A stretch of DNA of 62,955 bases, filler included, from Atractiella rhizophila (Eukaryota), in NCBI GenBank assembly GCA_021432655.1. It is 9 parts of 9 records of this genome, joined end to end, with 100 filler letters (N's around TTAATTAATTAA, not from the genome) between each part and the next. Parts side by side here need not be neighbours in the genome. Positions count along the whole stretch, not along the records: positions 30,150 to 38,577 come from MU272153.1; positions 38,678 to 47,083 come from MU272154.1; 7 more parts are not named here. The stretch is one strand, 5' to 3'. Shown piece by piece: positions 34,217-47,183 of the stretch (the stretch's first letter is position 1; each line of letters begins with the position of its first letter). The notes beneath the pieces were generated by a model. The model was not told the origin of the DNA, ran no database searches, and saw only the letters and a list, made by a program, of their open reading frames with translations. The position numbers were made by a program, and so were the translations under genes.

Positions 34217-37200
34217 ATGCTCCCCATCCGCCACTCTTTCTCCGGCACCGTCTCCCGCTGTAGAGCGCGCTCCGCCGTCCCATCCACCACCTGCCGACGC
34301 GTTCCTGCTCCCCTTCCCCGGCTCGTCTACGCGCAACTACCACGGCATCGCTTTTCCTCTTCCTCTTCCTCTTCTGCTCCTTCTGCTCCTTCTCACACTT
34401 CCCCTGCCCCTCCTGAGACACGTGCCACATCAACGCAGGAGAAGGGAGACGGTCAAGATGTGAAGAGTTGGACAGATAATTTCGCGTTGAGCAAGAGGTT
34501 TCCTGACCTTTCGAGATTGTTGCAGAGGGCTGGGCCTGAGAAGAGGTACCTCTTCATTGCTGGTGGACTTGTATGTTCCTCTTATCCTTTCTTTCTCTTT
34601 TACTTCCTGCTTTGCTCTGCCCCATTTTATTTTTCATTCTTGACAGTGTGTCAGTTCTTTCATGCGTACTACATTCTACATTCATAACCCGTCTGTAGGG
34701 GGAAACATGTCTTATCATCGAATAATCTAAGCTGAAACGATGCAGCTGCCCTGTTCTCCAGTCGTCTTTCTTTTTACCAACAAATTATCCCGAATAGCAG
34801 TGTTGATGCTTATCATCAACATTCTCCTGCTCCCATTTCCACGAAGCAAATACAGTAAAGGAAACATATCCCGAGCTGTTTGTCGCTTAAATGCAATGTC
34901 CACCAAGAGAATCTACTACGGGATGCGCCTAGCTTGCCTCCTGCTATCATTCTGACTTCTTGTTGTCGTGACGTGCTGCGTGAGCAATCTTTGCCACAGA
35001 ATAAAGCGCGTGACCTCCTACTCTACTCTGCTGCTACCTAACATGTTGAATGACTGAAGTATCCGTAATTTCTGTTGATCGACTTTGCGAAGACAGACAT
35101 GCCGATTCGCCTTTGACTTCTTGTGCACTTGCGAAGAGAGCGTGTTATTGTCTCTTTCCATCCTTGCCTGTCTTGACGCGTTCATAGAGGGATCGTCATG
35201 GCATATTTCATTTATTGGTTTGGATAAATGGCACTTACTTTGGTCCCACTTCTTTCGAATATTGATCGAAAAGCACAGCGAGAGAGTTGCACTGCTAACT
35301 GAACTAACAGATGGCCATAACCTCTTCCGTCTCACTCACCATCCCCAAACTAGCCGGCAAACTCCTCGACATCTTCTCCTCCTCCACCGGACCTCCGACC
35401 TACATCCTCGTCGGTCTACCCATCGTCCTAGCCGCCGGAGCACTGGCCAACACCGCCCGCGTAGTCTTGCTCCGTATCAGTGCGGAACGGATAGTGAAAC
35501 GGTTGAGGGACGAGGGCTTCGCTCGCGTCCTTGGAGCGGATTCGGCAAAGAGGGACTTGGTCGCTCTCAACGCGTCTAAGGCCATGAACACGGCCCAGGC
35601 TGGTAAGGTTGGAGAGAAGGAGAAGGCGGAGGAGGGGGAGACGGGCAAGGTGGAGGTGAGGGAAGGAGAGAAGGAGAAGGAGAAGGAGAAGGAGAAGGAG
35701 AAGGAGAAGGAGAAGGACGAACGAGAGCTGAAGGGAACTGGAGACGTCCTTGCGCGCTTGAACTCGGATGCCACCCTCTTGGGCAACTTGGTCTCGAGGG
35801 ACCTCTTGGAGGGACTGAGGAGCGTCGTTATTGCTGGAGCGGGGATGGGCATGATGTTCTTTATCTCCCGTATGCCCTTTTCGTCCCTGTCCTCCTCATC
35901 TGCTCCTCGCTGATATAGGAGTGGATAGAGAAAATGACGCTCCTCATGCTCACGCTCGTCCCGCCTGCCGCTCTGGCCACGACGTTGTATGGACGATATC
36001 TCAAAAAACTGTCCCAAAAGGTGCAGAGCGCAATCGCAGGTATGACCAGCGTGGGAGAAGAAACGATGAGAGGGCAAACGACCGGTGCGTCAGACTCGTT
36101 TCTGCTATCTGTGCATAATATCTTTGACACTGATGGACGCGCGATAACCTGATAGTTCACGCCTTCAATGCGACACCGTACGAGGTTAATCGGTTCGAGA
36201 AGTCTAGCGAAAACGTGTTTGAGCTCAGCAAGAAAGAAGGATGGGCTAATGCCGCATTCTACGGAGCATTCGGATTCGTTGGTGCGTCGATTTGACTCTC
36301 TCAGTTCGCTCTCCTCATGCTTAGGGGTCAGGTAATTGTACATTGTTTGCACTCCTCATCTATGGCGGTCACCTGGTCCAGTTGGGTGAAATAACTGTTG
36401 GGGAGCTTACCTCATTGCTTCTATACACTTTTTACGTCGGCAGCTCATTAGTCGGCGAGTCTTTCTGTTCCCCAAGAAGGGACATGCTCTGACTGAAGTG
36501 TGAAGCCGTCACAAGTTACTTTAGGTACTGCTCCTTCTTACGTCTCCTTCTGCACTACTTATGAGCGCACAGCTCGCTGATGAAAGGACTCGGAGCCTCG
36601 AGGCGTGTCTTCGCCCTACTAGACATCCGACCAGTACGCTCGTTCACCTCTCCACGCGCTTCTTAGACTGACAGAGAAGCTAGATCTCTGTACACTTGCG
36701 ATCGCCAACATTGGCTCTCCCTCCTCCTACTTCCACAGCTCTGGCACAATCAACAACCCCCATTTCACTCAAATTACAGAACATCAAGTTCGCTTATCCC
36801 TCCCGCTCTCACATCCCCATCTTGGAATCTCTAGATCTCGCTTTGTCGCCGGCGAAAGGTAGGTTAGTGGCCGTGACGGGGAGAAGTGGGAGTGGGAAGA
36901 GCAGTGTCGCTGCTTTGTTCGTTCTTTCTTCATTCCTTAAGAGCACCAATGGCTCAAGTTGTTGAATGTGATCACTTAGAATGATGCGTTACTATGACCC
37001 GCAGGAAGGCCAGATTTTGGTGAATGGTAAGGATGTGAGGGAGCTTGAGGTGGAGGAATGGCGAAACATAATCTCAATCGTCCCGCAAGAGATCATGCTG
37101 TTCTCCGGTTCGTCCCATCTCTGACATCCTCCTTCGCAATTGAGACCTCGACTCGTAGGGAGCATCAAGCAGAATATAGCATATGGGCTTCCTAACGCGA

Positions 37201-37778
37201 CGGATGAAGAAGTGAGGAACGCAGCAGAACTTGCGCAGTGCGAGTTTCTGAATGAAGTTAAAGGCGGCTGGGACGCCAATGTCGGTCCAAGCTCCGGCTG
37301 TTGTTTATGCGGGACTGATGACGTGGTGATGCGACACAGGCAGCCCAGTTATCGGGAGGGCAGAAGCAACGACTGGCCATCGCACGAGCTGTGATCCGGA
37401 AACCAAAAATTTTGATGTGCGCTTCTCCTTACCCCTCCGCTCATTACAAGTGCATGTGGTTCATTGGTGACGGATAGCATGGATGAAGCGACTTCTGCAC
37501 TCGATACACGGTCCGAAGCGCTCATTAATCATGCGATTCGTCGAATAGCGGACGAGCAGAATACACTGGTGGTCGTTATTGCCCATCGTTTGAGCACCAT
37601 CAGGGGATGTGATAGGGTTGTGTTGTGAGTTTTTTTCGTTTTCATCTGATCATACAGCTGAGGAGACGATGGCAGTGTGGATGATGGACGGGTGGTGGAG
37701 GATGGAACGTTTGAGGAACTGATGCTGGAGGGAAAGAGGTTTAGGGAGTTCGTGCGGGAAGGAGGGAAGGCGCTGTAG
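34217..37778 (+). CDS. MDL1: Mitochondrial half-type ABC-B transporter (Mdl1/ABCB10-like), multi-exon
   Basis: Arg/Ser-rich presequence (MLPIRHSFSGTVSRCRARS...), a transmembrane domain, Walker A GRSGSGKSS, signature LSGGQKQRLAIARA, MDEATSALD and IAHRLSTI. Confidence 0.88.
35668..35715 (+). repeat. (GAGAAG)8 coding microsatellite, encoding (EK)n within MDL1
   Basis: Perfect hexamer tandem repeat read directly from the sequence. Confidence 0.9.
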
Positions 37779-37942
37779 TCGACCCCGGACGAGGCCTTAA
37801 TTTATAGAAGAAAAGGGGTCGTAAAAGTGCATAGGTAACCTGTTATACATAGACGGATCACTCTTCATACCTCGATTAATCACGCATCAACACATAACCT
37901 AAAACGATTCCAAGCAGAGTTACGATATCATAGCAAGACTCC

Positions 37943-38577
37943 TCACATCGAACGTAGAGCTAACCACCTTTCGCTCTTCTCAACTGTTCCCTCAAATCCT
38001 CCTGTCATCGGTGCGTATCAGGTTGCGAATCCTACACAGACAGAACGGCAAAAACGTACGATTTCTTCCTCTCCGGCTCTCTGGACCTCTCTCAAGCTCT
38101 TATTGCTTCTCTCCAAAACTTCCAACGTCCTCCTCAACCCCGCGCTCTCCTCTTTCAATCTCTTGATCTCCGTCCCCATTTCGTCTTCCACCTCCATCTT
38201 CTCCACGTCCATCCTGTCATCCTCTTCTCTCTTCTCCGCACCACAGCGACAACGATCACCATCACTAGGGGCAACACTCGGCGCGGAGGGGAGAACCCGA
38301 TCTCGCGCCTCCGATTCTTTCAACCTTCCTTCGAGAAAAGCGACCAGGGAAAGCAGTCGACGCTCTTCCGCTTCTTTAATAGCTAGAGTCTGTTCGAGGT
38401 TCTTCAAACGTTCTGCTTTCTGAGCTCTGGACTTGCGAGCCGCTGTTCCCCCCATTGCATCACGTCACAGCAGAAATACAGCAGGAACATCAGCTATCAC
38501 CATCTGGTGCTGCGGAGGATAGAGAAGGGAGGGAACGGACAGATGGTGTTCTGCCTTCGCTTCTTCTCGATGCTATC
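37943..38577 (-). CDS. bZIP transcription factor (Gcn4/Cpc1-like basic region), 3' part
   Basis: The spliced read DSIEKKRRQNTI|SARKSRAQKAERLKNLEQTL... shows the N-x7-R basic motif and a leucine heptad. It is followed by a second coiled coil. The 5' end is truncated. Confidence 0.8.
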
Positions 38578-38677
38578 NNNNNNNNNNNNNNNNNNNNNNN
38601 NNNNNNNNNNNNNNNNNNNNNTTAATTAATTAANNNNNNNNNNNNNNNNNNNNNNNNNNNNNNNNNNNNNNNNNNNN
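38578..38677. other. Artificial contig linker
   Basis: N44-TTAATTAATTAA-N44. Confidence 0.97.
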
Positions 38678-40436
38678 AGAATGAGTTTAGTTACCACGAG
38701 AGAACAACAAACATATTCCTCCTCTCAGCGGGAGAGTAGGCTGTCACATTGAATATCAGCTCGGTTGTGAATACAAAAAAGGTACTCACAGTGCCAAATC
38801 TGTTTGATATTCATATCGTTCCTTCTGTTATCTCGGACGCACTTCAAGCTAGAATGTCACTTCTTCGAGGGATGAGAGGGAGGATGAGTTGGACACTCCA
38901 TCAAGGCTTTTATACGTCTTCCTGCCAATCTCTCGTATCTCGTCCATAATCGAGAGCAAGCGCAACTGAATAACAGCTCAGGCACGTTGCTGGAGGCATT
39001 GAATTTCTGTATTGGGATACGACCTTGGTTTTCTCTTGGCCGTCTGTATGCCTCAAAGTATGAGGAGGGAGAACCGGGAGAACTACCGGAACTTTGAGGC
39101 TGGAGTTGTATGGGTCGCATCCCACAGACGATTGGAGGCGGCTCACTTGCTTGGCTGCTTGCTTTTCGCAGCTTGCGAGACAAAGAAGCCTCGGTGCGAG
39201 CGTTAACAGCACGTTCGAGAGAGAAAAATTCGGTTATTATGGAGAGACATGGAATAAGCAATCCCATGATATGAAGGGATCAAATCTGACGGCGTTGAAC
39301 CCACAGAACAGGGTATTTCTCGTGTGCCAGTTCGAACGAATGTCAAAAGTGCAACAGTCTGTCTCACTCTAGAGTTGTATGCAAGCTCGGACGCCAGCAA
39401 GAGCTGTGGACGAAATGCAGGTCAGATCTCATGATCAAAGCGCACGAAAGCGACGAAGCAGGCTGAAATTCGCTGAATTCGCTCACCACGTTCAGCCAAC
39501 TGAGGGAGCGTCATGTCTTCATGTTGCTTCTATATCCATGCTTACCACCTTCACAGCGGTCCAACTGTTGTGCACCTTGATGCTCCTGGTGAAACCCAGT
39601 TGGCCCAGTCAGAGCAACCTGATGCTGAAAATTGAAACTTAAAGTGTCGAGCCGTACAGCTTCATTCCAAAGCAGTTTCGAAGGCAATGAATAAACGCAT
39701 GAACTTCGTGAAATGGACAAATCGACAGGGGTTTCCGAGTGAAGCCTAAGGAATCTTACAATTATCACGTGATAAATGTTGTGGACAAAGAAGGCCCGAT
39801 CTGGTGGCTGGATCAGTGTGCATATTGAGGTACTGCAGCTGCATGGGTAGGATTAAGTAGGATTTGTCAAGCAGGAGTTGAAATATGAAACAGAAGAGCG
39901 GAATGAACCAAAATGGAAGTAAGAAGAGTGGGAGTGGGTTGGTGAGAGGGAAAGGGAAAAAGAAAGCTGTTGAATTGGCGGAGAATAAAAGATTCAAAGT
40001 GAGTGCTTTCCTGAGGAGGGTTTCAGGGTTTCAGATGGACCATCACTGAATTTTCTATTTTACCACTGTTAGTATGACTTCTTGCAAGAAATTTGGTGAA
40101 GTGACCCTGGTTGCTGTCTAGTAACATTGGATAGTTGCTATTCTGTGAGCTTGTCTCTTGGGATCAAACGAGTATCCAGAAAATCGTACAATCTTCTGCC
40201 ATACTAGTTCTCCTAGTAGTATTCTGATGGATTGTTTCCTTGGCCCGAACTTGCTCTGTATCCTTAGGTTAACTCTGAGGTCTGGTTGTTGAATATTTTC
40301 GTTGAATATCCTGTTCATGGATTTAGCTATTGTGCGCGTACAAGTAACGCCATGCATAACGCCTTGCAACCAGCAGAAAAGGTATCGCAGTTCTCTCACA
40401 TTCTGGCGATTTGTTGCCAGTCGGGTTTCGCACGAT

Positions 40437-43400
40437 ATGATTGCGAGAAACAGAGATCAAGTACCGTCGCCAAGTTGGAGTAGAACGCACAGTTATGTAT
40501 TCTAACATCCATTTCAAATTTAACCCTTTCCCGTCCTCTATGAGATTCTGTGGTTACGAAGTGTACTAATTCAGTCCCAGTATGCCTCCAACTCCTCACA
40601 ACTTGCAAATCTTCCGATGCCGACGTCTTCGTTTGCTCCTTCGACATCTACCTCATACATCACGAGCGACTCCGAAACAAATCCGCTTTTGGGTGCACTC
40701 AACCACCTGGTGTTGGAAGATTTAACCACTCCGTTCCTCCATCTCTCTCGCGCACTGCGACCGTGCGTGGTGACGTGGGAAATGAGCGTATGGAAGAAAG
40801 ATGAAATATTTACACTTCTCACTGCTGCCATCAAACGGAACACGGGACATTCATTAGATTTGCTTGAGGCGGCCATGAAGATGTTTACACCGGATGAGGT
40901 GGAGCTCGAGGGGATCCTTGAGATTACCAAAAGCATCATAATTTTGGCGGTGGAGCCGAAGACTGCATTTGACACAGTCGAAAGATGCGCCGCTATTTTA
41001 AGTCTCCTTTTTGGGAGCTGGGGAGGGAAGTGGTTCTTGAGAGAGGAGGAGGAAGAAGAAAAAGAAAAGATGGAGGTTGAAGAACAGAGACGATCGGAGA
41101 AATTGAAGAACGTTTGGACCGTTGTAAGAGGAGCGTTGGGGTACAAAGAGACGACAGTGAAGGATCTGGATGGCGATGTGGACATGACGAGTGGTAAGGA
41201 GCAGGAGGAGGAAGAGGAACAGATACAAGATCCAGAGGATGAAGATTCTTCTACGCTTGTCGAGAGCCAAGAGGATGACGGGGCAGAGGCTGACGACAAA
41301 AGGCAAGACGGAGGTGAGGAAGGAGACGAAGAAGAGGTGGAGGATGCGGATGCGGTGGATGCAGAGTCATTACCATTACCAGTTCTGCAGTCGTCGGTTT
41401 CGCCCAAATTGTTCAGGTTGCCCGTCACCCATGTCCACTCCAGCGTACTCCGTCTCATCGCCTCTTCTTTCTCTCACATCTTCCGGCGCGCCCGTGCCTC
41501 TAAAGGTGAAATACGCCGGGTACTGGACTTGATGCTTTGTGACCTTTGCCAGGAAGCTCCTGAATTGGACTCCGATGTAGAGGTTCAATCGAAGAAAGGG
41601 AAGGCGAGGGGAAAGCAGGGCGGAGAAACCATTGGATTTCGGGACGCTATTGCTCTCGTGCTATCGGAGGCTTGCAAATCCATACCACCCAGTTTGCATG
41701 CACATACAAAAGACATCATGCACTCTCTCTTGGATACTATCCTCTCACCGTCATCTTCTACCAGGCTTGTTCAACGCACTGGAGAAGTTTTCAAGTCCAT
41801 CCTCACGGCCCTCGTTCATTTCACGGCACCTGCGGACGGGGAGGATGAGTTTGGAGGTTTTGAAATGAATGTAGGCGAGACGATTGTGAGTGCCGTGGAG
41901 AAGGCATGGGAGGATCAAGCTAGTAGTATCGAGGCGAACGAACAGCTTTTAGAAGTGATGATCACCATAGTGGGCGGGAGGAAAGGGAAAAAGATTTCTG
42001 GTGGGTTCGACTGCTTGAGAAGCATATTTGACTTACTAATTGACATTTAGGCCCACAAAAGATGCGGATATCAAAGCTTTTGTCGAGAATGCGAAAACCT
42101 TTCATTTCGAACGACAAGACCAGAGCCAAGTTCATCGAATTATCCCTTTCTTCCCTCCTATCTTGCGCATCCAGCGTCGATGAAGGGTTTGTTACAACTC
42201 TCCTGGGCATCGGGAAGGAAGCGGATGCAGAATATATCACTGTTATCCTTGTCTCTCTCGTCCGCTCAGATTGGCTCCGTTGGTCAACTTTGGGTTCCGG
42301 TCTAAGTCAACAGTGGATGCTGATCTCGCGAGATTCTACTTCAAGGCAACACCAGCTACGGCTACTCGCCGAACTAGCAAGGGCATCCAAACTGGTCGCT
42401 TTCCTGAACCAATATCCAATCATCTTGAATTCAATAATCAAACCTTTCACGGGAGACATCGACTCAGCTCGCTGGAGCAGCCTCAATATGGCAGATCTAG
42501 CCGACGAAGTTGCGATTCTCAAGGCTATTTTGCAGAGTGATCGTTGCACTGCAGCTGAACGGATGAGCTGGAAGGAACAGTTGCTGGGTGTTCTGCAGAC
42601 TTTAGTTGGAAGGGTAAAAGGGTCGGAGGCTGCGAAGGAGGAGTTTGCGAGCTCGGCAGAGAATGAGACCCTCCGTATGGCGTGGATACTCGAATGCTGG
42701 GTCAAATTGCAGCCAACACTCAGCGAAGAAATGTTTACACAAGTGCTGGAGCGATGGCATTGGAGTAAATTAGTTCTAACAAGTTTGGTTGTTGTGTGCG
42801 TTGTTTGCTCAGCATCGCGGTGCCGAAGAATTGATTCAGGCTGTAGGTCGGAGACAGCACCTCAAATTTCGCAAGCCCAACTCAAGCTGTTACTTCCCAA
42901 TGTTATCTCAGAAGATCGTGCATTACGATCCACCACTTTGAGGTTGTTACGGGCTTCTTTCCCGACGATGCTGGACGATGCTATTGTGTCGAAATGTATT
43001 GACATCGACCACATACCACTTCTTCCTACTTCTACAAGAGAGTTTTCGGTCGCCATCCGAAAGTTGGTTGATGTGGCAACGAGGACATTTGGAGACGAGG
43101 ATGGCCAACATGAGACGACCAAAACGGTTGTTGTCTCATATCTTTTGTGTATGTTTCTCACATTGTTATTGCACTCGCTCTCATGGAGCAAATAGCTTTA
43201 TTGAAGGCAAACTTCCAACCGGTGTGGTCAGATGCAATTTCGGGCCTCGCCACATTAGCCAAGGTCTTGCCCACAGTTATTTCGACGCTTGGCATCAATG
43301 AATTAGAGCTTGCTGCCCATTCAGACATCAAACTTCGAGTGGTGAAATCTCCCCCGTGGCAGCCAAAAGAAGAAGCGACTACCACAAGAGAAAATGCTGT

Positions 43401-46400
43401 TTATGACTTTCGCGATGTCAACGTCGCGTCAGTTCACCGTCAGGTAATTGAAGTTACCCGATTTTTGTGCGATCGGAAGCTCAATCCAACTCTCATAGAC
43501 GACATCGAGGTACAAGGTTGTCTTCTGCATGATTTAATGATCTAATCAAATATTTCAGCGTCAACTGCCAGAGTCCAGCTTCGACATCTTCAGTTACGAG
43601 ACCCAGCTGCTCAAACTGATTGAGGCGATACACGACGTAGCACAGCGATCCAATCGTCGCATCGTAGAGATATACTTTTCGTACGTCGATCACCCCACAG
43701 ACGACAGTGAACTAGACGATGACACTGCGATGGGCTCATTGTCTGCCAAAGCAAGAAGAACTCGAACCGTCAGCTGGCTACGAATGTTCAGCAAGTTTTC
43801 GAACCTCAAAGCTGCTTTCAGGAGCCCTGAATTGCGCGTTTCCTTTTTTTCTTATCTGGCAAATGGGAACGTGCCGATTCAACAAGCTGCACTGGAGTGT
43901 TGTCTGGCTTGGAGTAACCCCACTGTTGAGCGACAGACAGAATTTCTTCGTCTTCTGCTCGATGACAAATGTTTTCGTGACCAACTTTTACGATTGTCTT
44001 CGTCCGAAGAAGTCCAAGGCTTCACTGCAGAAGAGAGGGAACAACTAGTCGAATACACGACACCAATCCTCTACGGTCTCGCTACATCTCGCAGTGGGAA
44101 GTTCACACAAGCTGGTCGTGGCCAAGTACTGAGGAGGAATGCTATTCTCTCAAGCTTGCGAGCCGGCCCAAGTTTAGAGGTGTCGACTTTTGTGGAGTGC
44201 ATGTTGAAGCCTTTTCGTGACCTCATTGGTGAGGAGGACCAATCAAACTTCACGCTATCAGATGAGACTCCAAAATCATCTTTTAAGCAGCAAATTGGAT
44301 TTCTCAATTTTCTAAACCAAGTGATCAAGCAAGTGTGGAACCGAGTCGAGGAGGGACGCAAACTCCATTTCGTCGGGATCGTCGTAAAAATTTTGCACTT
44401 CGCTCATTCTCAGTTGACTGTCCTCGAGTCGCAACCTTATCAAGTCTCCTCCATTTACCTTGAAAGAATCCGGACGACTCGACGGCTTGGATTGCGCTGT
44501 TTTGTGGACTTGATTCGAAATTGCTCGGGACTCACTCTGGACCAATATCTTCGACCTGCCTTTTCGTCGTTCATCTCTCCTCGACTGGCAACATTTCCGT
44601 CGGACACTGCACAAGCTCCGTCTCCACTGTTAGACCTCGCGATCTTTTGGTCACAAACCGTCGCTGGATCAAAGCTGTTAGTCCAGTACGACCTAAACTT
44701 CCTCTCTGCGATCTACAGTTGTCTAGGAGTACGAAACGCGAAGCCGGCCGTCGTGTTGAAGGTTTTCGATGTCATTCAGAACCAATTGACACTGGAATCA
44801 GAACTTTCAGACAACGTGATCATCCCGTTCCTTCCAGTTTTTCTGAAACAACTCGAAGGATTATTCTCCTCCCGAGCGTTGAACCTATCTGGGAAGGATC
44901 CCGTTTCGAGGCGATTATTCGTCGTCCTCACTCAAGCCGTTCCACTGATCCGATCTAATCACGATGCTGCTGGTTTTATTCCTCTGCTCCTTCAGCTGCT
45001 GCGACGCCCCAATGGCGCGGTTTCCGAAAAACTCAAATGCGACGCGCTTGAGATCCTAACCACCCTCCTTGAATCGTTGACCAATTTAAACGACTCCACT
45101 CTCGATCAAGTCTACAACGCAATCTCCAGCTTTTTCTGCACATTGCGTTGGCGCGCCGCACGCCCTCGGCTCAGCCGCGCTTTTAGCGCATTAGCAAATG
45201 CGCGTCCTTCGCTCCAGAACGTCTCCCGGCTCCTTCAGGACCTCAACGCTTTCTCCCAACGTCGAGTGGAAGAACCTGACTATGAGTTGAGATTGACAGC
45301 ATTCCAGCAGATAAAACAGCAAAAGACTTCCTTTTCTGTGATCGAATGGCAGCCATTGCTCAACAACGGATTGGCTTTGTTGCAAGATAACGAAGAATTG
45401 TCGATGAGAACAAATGCGTCTGATCTTCTCCAAAACTTTACCTCGCTAGCTTTTTCAACAGCGCCGTCATTCGTGGGTTTAGTTCAGGATACTCTCTTGC
45501 CATCTCTTCGAAAGATGCTCCGTTCCTTGGAAGAGAATGTTCGAAGTGAAGCTTTGGCGGTATATGGTTACGTTGTTCAGGAAGGGAAGAATACGCTTCC
45601 TGAGCTGCAGGAACTAGCCAAACTATTGGTAGAAGGCGACAAGGAGGCTAATGTGTTCCACAATCTCTACCACATTCAGATTCATCGACGCACAAGAGCT
45701 TGGAGAAGGATTGCCGATGTAGCCGAAAGTGGTTTGATTTCAAGCAGATCTGTTGACACTTTGTTCTTCCCTCTTTTGGACAACTATCTCCTAACTGACC
45801 AGCTGAAAACTTCGACGGATTTCCAGAATGAAATGGTCCTCATCCTGTCTAGATTCGCGTCTATTTTAGACTGGGGACCCTATCGCCGTCGGTTGCAGAA
45901 GTATCAGGCGGCACTGAAGAACACGAAAACTTCGACGCGTCTTACGGTACGTAGCGTGGTTGCGCTCCTCCGAGGATATCACTTCCCGATCAATGATCGC
46001 ACCGATCAACGGATCTTTCCTTTCGTTGTTTCAAAGCTCTTACCCGATCTACTCAAGTTTTTAGACCAGAGAGACGGGGTTGAAGAGGCGTTGCGAATTC
46101 CCATGGGGGAGGGTATAGCTCAGATTATCAAACATCTACCCGACGAAGAGAGAGATGCTTCTACCTACCACCTCCTCGCCTCATTGAGTCAAATTCTTAA
46201 GAGCACGTCACAAGATACGAGAGAATTGACCAGAGCTAGCTTGGGGAATGTTGTTGCTTTGCTTGGCTCTGAAGCCCTCCGGATTGCCGCAAAGGAACTT
46301 ACTGGGGCTCTGAGACGCGGCCCTCAATTACACGTCCTCGCGTATACCATTCATCATATTTTAGTCAAAATATCCAAGGTGGAAGGATTTGGAATTGACC

Positions 46401-47083
46401 CGGCGCTGGAAGAAGTGCTTCCCATCCTTGAGAATGACATGTTTGGTCACCCAGCGAAAGATCGACAGAACAACGAGTTCCGCGCAAGGACCAAATTCAG
46501 AGAGGTGCGGTCGTCGAAATCAGCAGATTCGTTCCAATTACTTGCCCAAGCCGTCTCACCTTCGAAACTCAGTACCCTACTCCTTCCTATGCGCTCCATT
46601 CTGCAACGAATCAACTCTTCCACTGCCCTTCGCGATGCAGAAGAAATCTTTCGTCGTATATCCAGCGGCTTAGTGGACAACCCCAGGCTCGGAGCCAACG
46701 ATATTCTCAGACTCTGTGCTGGCCTGATCTCACAGGACAACGAGTTTTTCCGTCTGAGGTCAGGAGAAGAGACAGACACGAAAGTGCTCTCCCGCTATCG
46801 CGTGCAGACCACTCGGAAAAGTACTGAAATCTCAAACGCTTTCAAACAAAACCGCATGCTCTTCACCTCATTTGGCCTTGAACTCTTTTCCTCTGCGTAC
46901 AAGAAGAATAAATTTGACCTTTATGATCCGTCAACGCTCTCTCAGCTCGATGACTACATGCAAGCCGTAGGGAATTGTCTCTACTCAGAGGATGTCACCA
47001 TCCTCGGCAAAGCTCTGAAGGTTGCTAGCTCCCTCGTGCAATGCCCTCTTCCGTCAACGAACAACACTGCACCGGTTCTTATC
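40437..47083 (+). CDS. UTP20: U3 snoRNP/SSU processome HEAT-repeat protein Utp20, 5' two-thirds (3' truncated)
   Basis: Very long helical-repeat ORFs with Utp20/DRIM-type motifs: LRLLLDDKCFRDQL, KQQIGFLNFL, DLNAFSQRRVEEPDYELRL, EANVFHNLYHIQIHRRTRA, LRRGPQLHVLAYTIHHIL and KFREVRSSKSADSFQLLA. The start codon is uncertain (40437 or 40617). Confidence 0.9.
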
Positions 47084-47183
47084 NNNNNNNNNNNNNNNNN
47101 NNNNNNNNNNNNNNNNNNNNNNNNNNNTTAATTAATTAANNNNNNNNNNNNNNNNNNNNNNNNNNNNNNNNNNNNNNNNNNNN
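47084..47183. other. Artificial contig linker
   Basis: N44-TTAATTAATTAA-N44. Confidence 0.97.

Noticed and set aside
38678..40400. Several 60-136 aa ORFs and a GTGAGT donor on the minus strand upstream of UTP20
   Set aside because: No recognisable motif or consistent exon chain was found. It may be the 5' end of a truncated gene, but this cannot be supported.
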